A stretch of 61,436 nucleotides of DNA, counting the filler, from Choristocarpus tenellus KU-1152 (lineage: Eukaryota > Protista > Phaeophyceae), in assembly GCA_964200185.2 (NCBI GenBank). It is 12 parts of 12 records of this genome, joined end to end, with 100 filler letters (N's around TTAATTAATTAA, not from the genome) between each part and the next. Parts side by side here need not be neighbours in the genome. Positions count along the whole stretch, not along the records: positions 23,295 to 29,621 come from CAXNAD020008386.1; positions 29,722 to 35,419 come from CAXNAD020009976.1; positions 35,520 to 38,599 come from CAXNAD020022459.1; 9 more parts are not named here. One strand, written 5' to 3'. Below the pieces are notes generated by a model, which saw only the letters and a program-made list of their open reading frames with translations, was not told the origin of the DNA and did not search any database. Position 1 is the first letter of the stretch, and every line of letters begins with the position of its first letter. This document shows, piece after piece, positions 24,707-36,697 of this stretch. A program made the translations under genes and the position numbers.

Positions 24707-27563
24707 GCAGTTGGCCGGAGGACCAAGGAATTCTGAAGACGAAAAGACGACAGAGTTGATGACGTCAAACCTCAGCGCAACACGTACGATGGACCTGGCC
24801 ACATCTGCCTTCTTGTCCCAGAGTTACAATGCCAACCCCCTTGACAAGGAAAGAGCGGAGGCCATGTTCTCGAAGCTGGGGCCAGACCCACAGGTTGCCG
24901 CCGATAAGCTCGCGGGGATCCTGAGAGGACTGCCTCTCTCTTTGTGCGCGACATGGAAAACCATCAGTAAGTTCAAGGCCGGCATGCGCAGGGCAAAGAT
25001 ACCCTCTGATATGCCCGACGCCAACCTGCTCGCATACTACATTGTCAGCGGCAACCTGGAGGTAAATGAGGATGGCGATGATAGGGATAAAGACGACGAC
25101 TATAACCTCTTATTTTGTCTGAATGGACAACACCGCATAATACTGCTGAGGGTAATCGAATGCGTGGTAAAGGAGGACAATGTCCCGTGTGGCATCAACC
25201 TCCCAGCCCACATCACAATGTGATGGGCCTCAGACATCGGAGCGAACCTCCAGATCGGCGATCACAAGAGGTTCATGTTGAAGATCTATCCAAACTGCAG
25301 CCGCGAAAAGACTGAATCCATTTCGATAGGATAGTGTGGCGGCCAGTAGGTCGCATGTGCCCAACCTTCTCGAGTGGATAGTCTTGGGTTGCCACTATCC
25401 TGGAGTATAGGCGCGACTTCAGTTGCGACAGGTCCCACCTCTACGTCCAGGAAACGGAAGAGGGATACTGATCGTCGCACACACATGACGACATTGGTCA
25501 ACAGATACAATCAATACTGTCTGGGAGACATAGACTTCCGGAGTGCCGATGCCGCGTTACAGACGGCTATTAGGAGGAGGGTAGCTGCCAAGATAAAGAC
25601 AATTCCTCAAAGAAGCGTGGGAGTACACACACATGGAAGCCAGGGTGAGTAGACTCGGCGACCAAACCTCCGCCCAGTTCTACAGTGCGATCGCCACCCT
25701 TGTGCATATGTGCGCAAGAGAAGGTGAGGTTCTCACGGCTCCTTCCACAGGAAACGATTCGTGAAACGATTGTTAATCATCGCCTACCTTTCGTCACCCA
25801 TATCCATATTAATTCCGCGGGGGTGATCCAACCAACCCGATCCCTTTCTTCCCCTCACTATGTTCCACCAGAGACAAAAGAACTAGAGGAGGTCCTTCTT
25901 GGTGTGTGGAGAGAGCACAAGAAGCGCGACGGCTCCAGTGTAAGCGCGGTGCAGTCATCCCCACATTTGTATATCCAATAACCCATCATTAACAGTCCAA
26001 CAACACCGCAGTAACCCCTGCCTTCACATACTGAGCTTGAATTGATGTTTTATATATGTGTATCGCTATCGGCCATATGACATACGCCATTAACCAACGG
26101 ACCCACTCCCATTCCCACATTCTTCTATCCTGATCATGTGACCTTATCCTCCACACACCCAACGTGCACCCGACTAGGACAAATTCGACTTTAGAGCGGT
26201 TCACATGTTCATTATGCTGTGGTACCTAACCCGGACGCTGCCATCGAATCCCTCAAGAACAGCGGGGGGTTCACACACACCTACAGGTTGAAGGTGGGTT
26301 AAACATTCCCAGCTAAGTTGTCCCCACACGACGCCACACTTGACATAGGGCAGACAGTGATAAAGGAATTTGATGTGTTATATCGAATGGTAAAGGCCAT
26401 CAGTTTCCAAAGAACCCTAAGTCCATAGGGTTCTGCTGCGCTACGCACATCCCCTGGTTAACGCTTCTCTGATCGATTCACTGTTAACCCTAAATCCTTC
26501 ACATCCTCAACGCTCGTTCTTTACCGGGTTCCTAACGACACACCATCGCACATTTGATGTACATGTAGCTCACAGATGAGGTCAAGGAGCAGTACTTCGC
26601 AAGAATGAGCACTGATGTCCTCGCTGGAGCCGGACTAGCCATCCTCAGAGGGGAACCTCCCCAAGGCCATTGCTGGCACGACATTGTTGAAGTGGCTGCG
26701 CACGTCTTCTGAGAGCAGGCAGCCAAAAAATTGCCTACTGACGCGCTCTAATTGACGTATGTTGTCGGGACGGAGGCATTTCCAGAGGAATATGTAAGTC
26801 AATCTTTGACCGTGACGATTCAACCAACGTATGGATGTATATGCATATACCCCCCAGCTGAACCTGCAACAGTCGCAATTTTTACCGTCAAGTTCGTGCC
26901 TCACGAGGCAGACACCCATGTCATGCGTGTGACGTACCATTCTACTACCCATGTGCTTCTCCATGATAGTTCTCCCACACTCTAAGGAGCGTCCGGAACA
27001 AACGGCCCCCGGCCGACCAGGACAAAGGAAAGAAGAAGAGGGTGCGAGGAAAGGGGAAAAAGAACAGACCAGCGGACGGCGATCCAGACCCCGCGTCTGC
27101 CGCCTAGCCGAGGAGGAGTGGGCATCACAGCCGTGGAGGATCCAACTGGCATACTTAAGACGAATGCACACAAATAATGTCTTCATCAAGAGGGCTGTCT
27201 TGGAGGTCGCCGTGCAGGTCATGAACGACCTCAAGAGGAAATACGAGCTCGGGATCGACCCCTACGCCCATGACTCCTCAGCAGGGTCTTCAGAAGAGGC
27301 TCCTCCAAAGAAAAAATACATCCTGAGCGAAGAGGTACTCAACAGAGTGTGAGGTTCATCATCTCATCTGTCCACCGTATTCGAGTTCGTAGCAAGTCAC
27401 CTCGCAATAAACGCCCTGATCGCGCACATTAATGTAACCCCATAAAATCCACAGGTGAAAAGGGACCTCGTGTTGAGGGAGGATGTGGAGGAGGGTACAA
27501 AATACCTGGACATCGTCAAATACTCTGAGGGTGTTACCCTGAACACCAGTCGCGAACACGCAG
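24707..27563 (+). pseudogene. Decayed multi-exon gene with ParB/Srx/DGQHR-like motif (CLNGQHR)
   Basis: A long exon at ~24707-25644 stays in one frame through stops at 25221, 25332 and 25347. Further exon-like blocks with GT/AG ends at 26576-26793 (two stops), ~26987-27348 and 27455-27563. Confidence 0.55.
26339..26412 (-). repeat. Inverted 74-bp copy of the core of the 235-bp tandem unit
   Basis: The reverse complement CTTTGGAAACTGATGGCCTTTACCATTCGATATAACACATCAAATTC...CTGTCTGCCCTATGTCAAG matches the array units. Confidence 0.9.
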
Positions 27564-27856
27564 GTGAGCACTTACATCATTGTACAACATCGCCATACGT
27601 TAACACGTCAAATATCGTTCCCTACACCAAACACATCGCCTAGACCCTCACAGATCTTACTGACGTTGGACAGTTTCGCACTGTACGTTGTCACAGGGTT
27701 CTCTGGTTTTATATGTTGCGAAGTTGCTCGTCGAACAGATTGATTAATACTTTCGCTGTGTTATACCGATCGACAGAACCCAGCAAAATCAGGGAAATTA
27801 TGTCGCGGTTCTTGTACTATAGTCCTATACGCATCCTCTTAACCCTATGTTACAAG

Positions 27857-28400
27857 CAAGAGTGTACTCTAATTAGGTTAGATGTGGACCGACTCTGTTT
27901 ATACCCTGTGACTGTTGGACAGATACTCCCACAAAAAGCAAGGCTATATTTTTTTCACAGTTTAGAGGTGATGGAGTAAATCGAAACTGGGGACCCTTCT
28001 AATGTTAGCCAAGTCAGAGATGTATGCTTTGCAACTTTTGAACCAGACCCTCAGAAGAGACAAGAATATACTCCGATTACGCCAGAGGCGAACTGATTCT
28101 GTTTGTATCCTGTGAGTTTTGGATGGACACTCCCAAAGAAGCAAGATATTTTTTAATACCATTTAGAGGCGATAATGATAAATCGGAACTGGGGAGCCTT
28201 TTATCGTCAGCCAAGTCAGAGATGTATGCTTATGACTATGAACCTGACAGTCAGAAGAGACAAGTGTATACTCTGATAAGGTTAGATGTGAACTGAAACT
28301 GATTGTATTGTGCGAATTTTGGACGGACACTCCCAAAGAAACAAGGGTATAGTTCGATCACAGTGTAGAAGTGATTCGGTAAACCGGAAATGAAGACCGT
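27857..28400. repeat. Diverged tandem array, ~2.7 units of ~200-204 bp
   Basis: CAAG anchors at 27857, 28061 and 28261. Shared blocks ACTCCCA(C/A)A, AGCCAAGTCAGAGATGTATGCT, TCAGAAGAGACAAG and AAATCG(A/G)AACTGGGGA. Confidence 0.85.
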
Positions 28401-29721
28401 TATTCTTTTTTTAAACTCTTGGACTCACCATCCAAGGGTAACAAATACATTTTGCCACAAAAATGTTTAAGGTGGTTGATGATTCCTTTTCTCTGAATCT
28501 ATGACAATTGCCTGTGGTACGTGTGAAACGCATGTACCTCATCCACATTGGGGGGCATGTTATAGGCAATGAGTGAAGGGATTGCTTCTCAAGCTCAAAC
28601 AACCGCAAGCAGCAAGTATGCAACCAGACAGCCAAAAAGGGATATGTTAAGGTCGCTGTCGATATAGTGTAAGATCTGCAACTTGACAATAGAGCAATGC
28701 ATTTCAGTTATGTTACGGCTTCTGAAAACTTGACCATTCAGATTCCAATCGTGGTTCTTCCCACCCACCCTTGGTCTCTGAGATGCAGTCATACAAACAA
28801 TCAACTCGAGAATAACTACATATTTTTATCTAATATCTTGATAACCAACCATTTTCGTTGGTTGTCAGGCTATCGATATACCACTGCGGGCCTCATCATC
28901 AGCTTGCAGGCGCGTGGATTGGAGCTACATATCCCACATAAATAAGCTCCTGGGAACGTTTGGTAAGATGTTCTATGCAAGCAAAAGGTGAAATTCTTGG
29001 AAGCTCCTCAGTAGGGTGCAGCTAACAAAGAAACAGACACAACCGCATTTTCTGGAAGTTGCAATAACAAGATCAGGACTAGGATGTAAATGTTCCCAAT
29101 GACCTCACATTCTACTGTCGCAAGTTTTGCCAAATATCTGCCTTGTGACAAAATAATCTCCAACTATTCAATGTGCTTCCACAATGGGATGGGAACTCAA
29201 CAGCCACACTTAATACACAATTGAATGTAAATAGGATCGCAGGGAGAAAGGTACAATAAGAAAGGGTGAGGGACTTTACACCAATGACATTGCCCAACAA
29301 TAAATGGTAGTCAATACCAAAATGTAGCATGTAGTGGTATCTACTCCGTAGTATGCTACCGCATGCAGATTGAATCTTCACAAATGCTCCAAGTACTCCA
29401 TCTACCATCCATACCTTGTACATACTCCATTATTTCATCCACATATTTGAATAAACCCTAGGTTCACATCAATCTTACCTCTCGAGCCTCTATCTCTCCA
29501 GGTCTTGAAAGTTGATCCCACATGATGACATTTCTTCTCTCATCATTGTGCCGTTGAACATTTTCGTTCCCTGGATACCTGATTCCGATGTACTCAGACC
29601 CAAAGTATCTGGGGGGGTGGGNNNNNNNNNNNNNNNNNNNNNNNNNNNNNNNNNNNNNNNNNNNNTTAATTAATTAANNNNNNNNNNNNNNNNNNNNNNN
29701 NNNNNNNNNNNNNNNNNNNNN

Positions 29722-29766
<45 letters not shown>

Positions 29767-30023
29767 AAAAAACACACACACACACGAGAAAATAAAAATA
29801 TATATCATGGTTTGACCACAACCTGCGGACGAGCCGCCCCGACGAACAACCCATAGGAAAAAAAAAAAGCATTCCATCGCGAAACAATGCCTGAAACAAC
29901 AGCAGCACACCACAGTTTCATCCCGCAACAAAAACACACAGAGAGATTGCGACAACCCTCCACCTTCTCGGAGCTCCCGACACCCCACTATTCCCACAGC
30001 TTGCGAGCATAACAAGTGCTTGC

Positions 30024-31308
30024 CTGACTCTCGAGTGTCATCCTAGCGCCGTTGATCTTGTTGATCTCCCCCTCATACATCTTCTTCCGCTTGAGAGCAA
30101 AGAGAGCCCCCCGCTTGTCCTTCGTACCGCTTTTTGCCTTGGCATCGAGGAGCTGTGCCTTAATCTTTTTCTGGATGTGCGCCTCCCTAGCAAGTCAATA
30201 GGTTTATTTTGAACGCACGTGTATGTAAATGCGTGTGCGTGCGTGCGTGTGTGTGTACAACGGTGCAGCATAGAACATCATGTTGTTGAGGCGAGATGAG
30301 TGGAATGGACAACAGTCAGGAAGAGGAGGGCTCAAAAGGGGTGAGGCCGGCATTCACGAGGTGTTGGGGTAATCATCGCAGAGATATCCACACCTTCCCC
30401 TCACTGTAATCCATTAAGGGAGGTGCAACATATTTGGACAAGGATTGAGGTTCTTACATTTTTTCAAGTTCAATCGAGGAGGGTTTGAGGGGGGTGAGGG
30501 GGTTTGGGGTGCATGTTTTGTGTGCGTGAACTTGCGCTTGTGAGCTAAGGTCTTGACCCACCTCCAAGTCGAGGAAGTGTGGCCGCTATTTATAAAAGAC
30601 AAAGATGTGTCATTAAATAGCGAATAGAGAATGTCCTTGTTCTAGGAGAAATTATCTTCCCTATCTCCAAATGCTTGACATGTGTATGCTTCTCTGACTC
30701 TTCAAAACCAAATATAGGCTCCATCTAGTCTCAATATACCACGTGGAAGATCTTCCCTTGACAATTGCGGCAGCATTCGACACAGAAGTTATTATAATAT
30801 CTATTTTCCAAGATTTAATTTGGAGGTCAGGGGAGGAAAGTTGTGATCGAATGACACTATCACAAGAGTTGGAGGAAACCACCAAAACGTTGATACACCC
30901 TACAAAGCAAGCAGAGTCCTAGTAGTAGAGGAAACTTCGCAATTCCAAAGGTAACGGCATTGGTCACACCAACACATGCTGCTATGGGAAGGTGCATCGA
31001 TTCATTCTGAAACTACTTGGACCCGATGACCAGGGTAAAGATGGGAGAAGAGTCACCAACTTCCATTCACCGTTTCACCATACGATGTTGAAACCATTGT
31101 CCCTCTTCACAGTGGAGGATAATGCATGATTTTCTCGTATGAAACCATAGAGCTCTAGTCATGCCAATATCAGACTTAAAACTCCATCTCTTGTCACTCC
31201 GCACCTCTTGTCTAAGGAGTCGAGCGTTTCGCGGAGCTTGACGATAGTGGAGGTAGCATCTGTGGTTCCTGACGCAGGTTGTTTCTTGGCTTTACCGAAG
31301 AGATTCAT
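30024..31308 (-). CDS. SNF7: ESCRT-III subunit Snf7/Vps32/CHMP4, first two exons
   Basis: Exon 31308-31205 MNLFGKAKKQPASGTTDATSTIVKLRETLDSLDKR and exon 30186-30024 EAHIQKKIKAQLLDAKAKSGTKDKRGALFALKRKKMYEGEINKINGARMTLESQ (ends at a GC donor). I.KLRET...L.KRE.HL.KKI and AL.ALKRKK.YE are CHMP4 signatures. Missed by the ORF track. Confidence 0.93.
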
Positions 31309-31854
31309 CCCCCCTCACAGTTTGAGCTTGTCTACTCTGCTCTCTTTTGGCACCCTCTCCTTTGCTACCGCGATGATATGCACCCCTGCTTGAACTTCTA
31401 GAAATCCTCCGGATTTCAAATGAAACAGCACAAGCTTATATGACTCCTTCCTCCTTATTTCGCGCTCTCTAGGAATCTCACGTGCCAGTTGTGGGCTTGT
31501 AGAGAGTTGTTCCGAGGCAGGTAGGATGTAGTTTGGGATCCAAGTCTAAGTTGAGAACGAGACAAACTTCACTACTTTTCTGATATGTCTAATGTTGCAA
31601 TCGCGATACGTACCCAAATTGGAACAAACAGTTGATATTCGATTTTCTTTGTGTTGTACTAATATTATTGTATCATTTTCTCTAGGACTGAAGACGAAAT
31701 ATCGAAGACGTTGCTACCCTCATATTTTCAATTCGCAAACTATTGTTGTATAATTCTCTCTCCCTTTTGTCCGCATTCTGGGATTGTCATCTTGTTTGGC
31801 GAGATCAGTCACACGAGCCTGGTGAGGCTTGTCTGAGAGAGGTGACTACTTGGG
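31309..31854. promoter_or_regulatory. Putative bidirectional promoter / 5' UTRs between SNF7 and the CC2D1-like gene
   Basis: 546 bp separate the divergent ATGs. CACGTG at 31479-31484. Possible 5'-UTR intron at 31521-31685 on the + strand. Confidence 0.55.
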
Positions 31855-34717
31855 ATGATTTTTTTCGGCAAAAAGGGTGGTAAAAGCAAGCGGGGTGGTG
31901 GAGGTACGCCAACAGATTCGGCATGGCAGGGAGACTTCATGGGGTTCAACCCAAGTGATCCCAATGCATTTACAGAGGAGAACCTTGCTAAGGTGAGACG
32001 TGCAAGCAGCTGTTCGACACCAACGTTGGGATGCATTGATGGAAAAATTGGTCCCAATTCTTTGATATAAACCTTCAACTTGTGTTGGTAGCAAGTGCAG
32101 AGTCAATACTAATCTGTCATTTGTTTAAATAAACTCGAAACCTCATCCCCACGCTCCAGGACGCTCAAAGAATCTCACTCTCAGTAGATCTTGATAGTGG
32201 ACGAAAGTGTAGGCAAGGCCTGACCTTGTTACATCTAGTTTTGGTTGTCATTTGTCGTTTTTACTGATCCACCTACCTAGGGCATCTTGAAGTTTGATGT
32301 ACTGTACCGCAGATTCCCGTACGTGTTCGAGTATCATTTTGGAGGTGCAGAGATTTCCGTTCTACGAACATCATCCAAGGGAATAGAATCGTTCGCTGGG
32401 GTCATAGTTTGCCCCCTGTGTAGGCAATAATGGCGCTTTCAGTCTTCAACCCATGATGCATAACCTACCCTCAATACGTTGCACTCCTTTTTGTATCAAT
32501 ACATTGCCTGTCGACCTTAGATGGGTGGGGTAGACACACTGGCCTACGATGAAAATGACCCATCTCTAATGGCAGAGTTGAGGGAGCTGGGGTGGGAGGA
32601 TGAAGGTACTACTGCAACCCTAGCCACGGAAGCCCCAGCTCTCCGTGCTGCAGCTAGGGCACCCCAGACTAGAATGGTCCATGAGGAGAGTGGAGATATG
32701 CTTTTATCGTTGGGATTGACTCTCGGTTCTGTTGGAGATTCCATGGTAAGAACCCCCTCCCTGCGTATTCTCTAATAACATGTATCATGACGAATGCCTA
32801 CGTCACATTGTTGTACTTGTGTTGTATTCTTAGGACGATGGATTTTTTTGCGTCTGTTGCATGTAATATGTTACGCATTTTATGCAGCAGACAAAAATTA
32901 CTTCCGCCATTACCAGACCTATTTTGGTGAATCTATTTTGGCATGGCGATCGATTTGGTGTCGCCCCTCCTTCGATTCACTTGGGCAATGCCTCTTTGAC
33001 CATATTGACCGGTGCCAGAGTACGCACATATTGTTGCTGGTACTGTTGTAGAGCAGTTGAGGCATTTAATACAGGTGTTTACAGCAGTCAATGCCTTGAC
33101 TCTTGGCTAGTTGGCCCAAGGCTTCGAGTAAATCATCAGCACAATGCTCTGAGCAGGTGTCATTACTTTGTTCAATGGTCATCAGCATCTCCACAAGTTG
33201 CTTCAGTTGTCATACCATCTCCAATGGTAGCAAAACCATTGCATCAATCACCATCACCCACATAGCAGCTGTTGGCTCCCTTATGACAAGGATTGAATCC
33301 AAGATGGCAAAACAAATGCAATCTATGACCCTGTTGCTTGTTGTGTCCAACTGCCTCCCTAGACAAATCATCATTTTGTGCATTTGCATTACGATCTTCT
33401 CCTGCTTCAAGAAATATTGTGGGGAACCGCTTCCACAATCCTAACTTATTTGCCCTCAGTTGTTGGGGTTGTATTAGGCTATCAATAGTGTACTGTCATA
33501 GTTGTCCTAGTAGAAGTTGCTCGACGAGAAACACTTTTTGTTACCTAGGTGATCAAACATGGCATTTCTCCTGTTTGTCGAGTCGGCATAGCTTACTGCT
33601 TCAATATTTCCTGAGTCTTATATGTCGACTTCAGGCCTATTGAAATACTCCATGGTAATGTATTGTACCGTCTACTGTTGACAAAATGAGGTACATTTGA
33701 CATGTAATGGTATGTACTGGCTTCTTATGTTGGTGCAGGTTATCCATCATTACTAGCATCCTAAGCAGTTTGTTATGTGTATCCTTTGTGAGCTGGTTGA
33801 GACACAGTATGAGCAAGGCAGGGGGAGACAGAGCCTACAGGAGTAGCCGATTGGGGTGCCTTCAGTTCAGACTTTGGGATTGGGGCTAGACTTTGAATCG
33901 TACTAGTTCCTAGTTGTTCCTACTTACACTTGTGCCGATGCATGAACTTGAACTTGAACTTGAACTTGAACTACTACTGCGTATTTGAAGTGAAGGGGAA
34001 AGGGACAAACAACTTGGGCAGGAACCATGGAGGTGGAGACAGCAGCATACCCCACTGCTGATCGTCCACTGTGCCTTGTTTGCACTTGATTTCCATGGCA
34101 ATGAATTGGTTAGCAGTGTAATTCCTCTCCTGGAAGGTCTGTAAGGCCCAGGTGTGGGTTCAGGCGTTTGCTCAGAGGGAGAAGACTTACACAGCTACTT
34201 CAAAACGAGTTAAATGCTAATACCCAGCCAAGTCAGAAAATGGACACAATTTTCTGTGGTGTCCTTCTACCTCAGACGTTGTCTCACTCAGGTTTGGTGT
34301 AGTTTGAAGTTGGTTGCTGTTGAACATTTTGGGTTGTCAAAGCACGCACCACAGACAGTGTGTGTTGACAGTTACGTGTTGACAGTTACTCACCTCTCTT
34401 CTCCGTGTGCGTGCGGCCTTCAGCAACCAGAGCTGACGGCAGACGACCTGAAGGATCCAGAGCTGCTTCGAGAATTGGAGGAAGTCAACGGAATGGGAAA
34501 AGAGGAAGGGGGGGGGTGGGAGGAGGAGGGAGAAGGTGAGGCGGTGCTGTCGCAGGGGCTGGGACACCGTGGAGGTGATTCTGGTGAGAGCCTTGATGAT
34601 CTCGCCGCCACCATTGTTCCTGCTGCTGCTGCTGCTGTCAAGGGTCAGAAGGGGCCAGTGCAATCGCTGGAGGATGAGGTGGCAGCATTAAAGAGGAAGG
34701 CCATGGACACCAAGCGG
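31855..34717 (+). CDS. CC2D1/Lgd/FYVE4-like protein with DM14-like helical repeats, N-terminal exons
   Basis: Phase-0 exons 31855-31992, 32521-32745 and 34424-34717. Repeated DENDPSLMAELRELGWED and ELTADDLKDPELLRELEEV, then SLEDEVAALKRKAMDTKR. These patterns are recalled from Lgd/CC2D1 and plant FYVE4-type proteins. Confidence 0.65.
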
Positions 34718-35308
34718 GTGAGAAGAAGAACAAAAAAAAAAGATGTGACAGGATGGGGCATGCGAGAGAGGATCCGAGAATGCAGATTAGATACACACGT
34801 ATGTGTATGTATTTATGTGTGTATTTATGTGTGTATTTATGTGTATATATATATATATACATATATATATCGGTGTTGAGGGTTTATTTTCTTATTGCTT
34901 TCCCTTTATTTCCGTCTCAAATAGTGCGTGCGTGCATGTGTGTGCATGCGTGTTTGTTGCCCATTTTATATCTTCATTGTTCACGTTGCCCTCTTGTCGT
35001 TCAGTCCTCTGGTTCATAACAATTTTTTCTTTTTTCTGGTGTGGAGCTGCGTTCGGAGCTCTCTCCTTTTCTTTTTCTTTTTTTGTGTGTGTGTGTGTGT
35101 GCCTCATTTGATAAAATGTGTTGCGGCGGCGCACCTCTTTGTTGAAGGCTTATCTCATTCCTTTTTTTTTTCCTGTCCTATCCTCGACTCCTCATTTTCA
35201 TCTTGTCTTCGTTGTATAGAAAGGTCATGATGGATCTCTTGATTGCGATCCATTTGAGGTCAACCCTCCTCCCTGAACAATTCTGGAATCGATGTGGTAT
35301 CTATGTAA

Positions 35309-35343
<35 letters not shown>

Positions 35344-36697
35344 ACCCCCCCCCACCCCCAGTCCGGAGCGACCGCGGAAACCCGGGAGGCGGGCGGTCGA
35401 TGAAAAAAAAAAAAAAAAANNNNNNNNNNNNNNNNNNNNNNNNNNNNNNNNNNNNNNNNNNNNTTAATTAATTAANNNNNNNNNNNNNNNNNNNNNNNNN
35501 NNNNNNNNNNNNNNNNNNNGGAATCAAGGACCCCCCTCCCCCCCCTTTCTCCCTCCCTTCCAAACTTACTGCTTCAATGTCAAAATAGACACGTATTGCC
35601 TTGTCAAGTCAAGAGTAAGGGAAAGAAGGAAAGCATAACAATAGCAAAACACGCAAATATTGAAACATCCCTCTAATCTACACCATCAAATGATCAGAAA
35701 AGTTGAACTTGAAACTCACGCATCAACAGGTAAACAAGAACACGACAAGGTAGAGAGGCCAGGCAAGAAGTGTTTCATTTTTACTAACAAAAGGTGCATA
35801 AAGTAGCTCTCCTGGTCAAATGGATGAGAGTCCCTTCTTAGAATGATGTAGGGAACCTTATTAGTTGAACTGCTAGGGATGTGATCAGGGTTAGGGTTAT
35901 GGTTAGCATTGCTGCCTATGTACAACTGTGACCATCAGAGCCTTGCTCAAACATAAAGACAAAACACTGAATGGCAATTTTCAACCAAGAGAACAGCAAA
36001 AGGTATCAAAAGGGTATCACTCAATTGAACGTGGGAAAGATGTGTGTTCCTATTACTTGCAAAATGGCAACCAACATGGTCAATCGCATAGGGCAAGGAT
36101 TCCATTCTCTCTTATCTACCTTCTAAACATTTGTGCTATGTACCTGGTTCCACGTTCCTACGCCATTCTGCTCTATACCATCAAAATAATAGAGGTCCCC
36201 CTACTTGCCAACTGAAAACACTGACCTAAGTAATATTCCTTGCCTCCACGTATCCATGTCTCAACATATGTACCTCTATCACACTGAGAAGGGGAACTAT
36301 GGTTTCCAACTACCCCAACCTACACCACATATCCTGATGAAGAGGGGAAATACACAGGAGTAACAACAAGAATACTCCCATCTCATACCTCTATTGTGTC
36401 ATCTCTGCACCCTCTTGAGGAAACTCTCCATAGCCACAAATGCTGACTGAGCACCACAGTATCGCTGTTGATGGACTGGGAGGTACCAAAGACCCCTTTT
36501 GAGGGTTCCTATGAGGAGAGGTAGGTAAAGGGGAGTTGGAGGTAAATGAACTGTCTGCTCCTTATTGAAACCAGGGTGTGAAAGGTCGGTAACGTTGTTG
36601 TCATGGACAAAACGTGCACACGCATCACAGTGTTAATTGTCTTGCGAGATTTCATACCTCTTCTTCGATGATACAGTAGGATTGGCAGGGCTGTTTC

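Noticed and set aside
32880-33700. Overlapping ORFs in intron 2 of the CC2D1-like gene
   Set aside because: No recognisable motif; probably an old TE remnant that I cannot classify.
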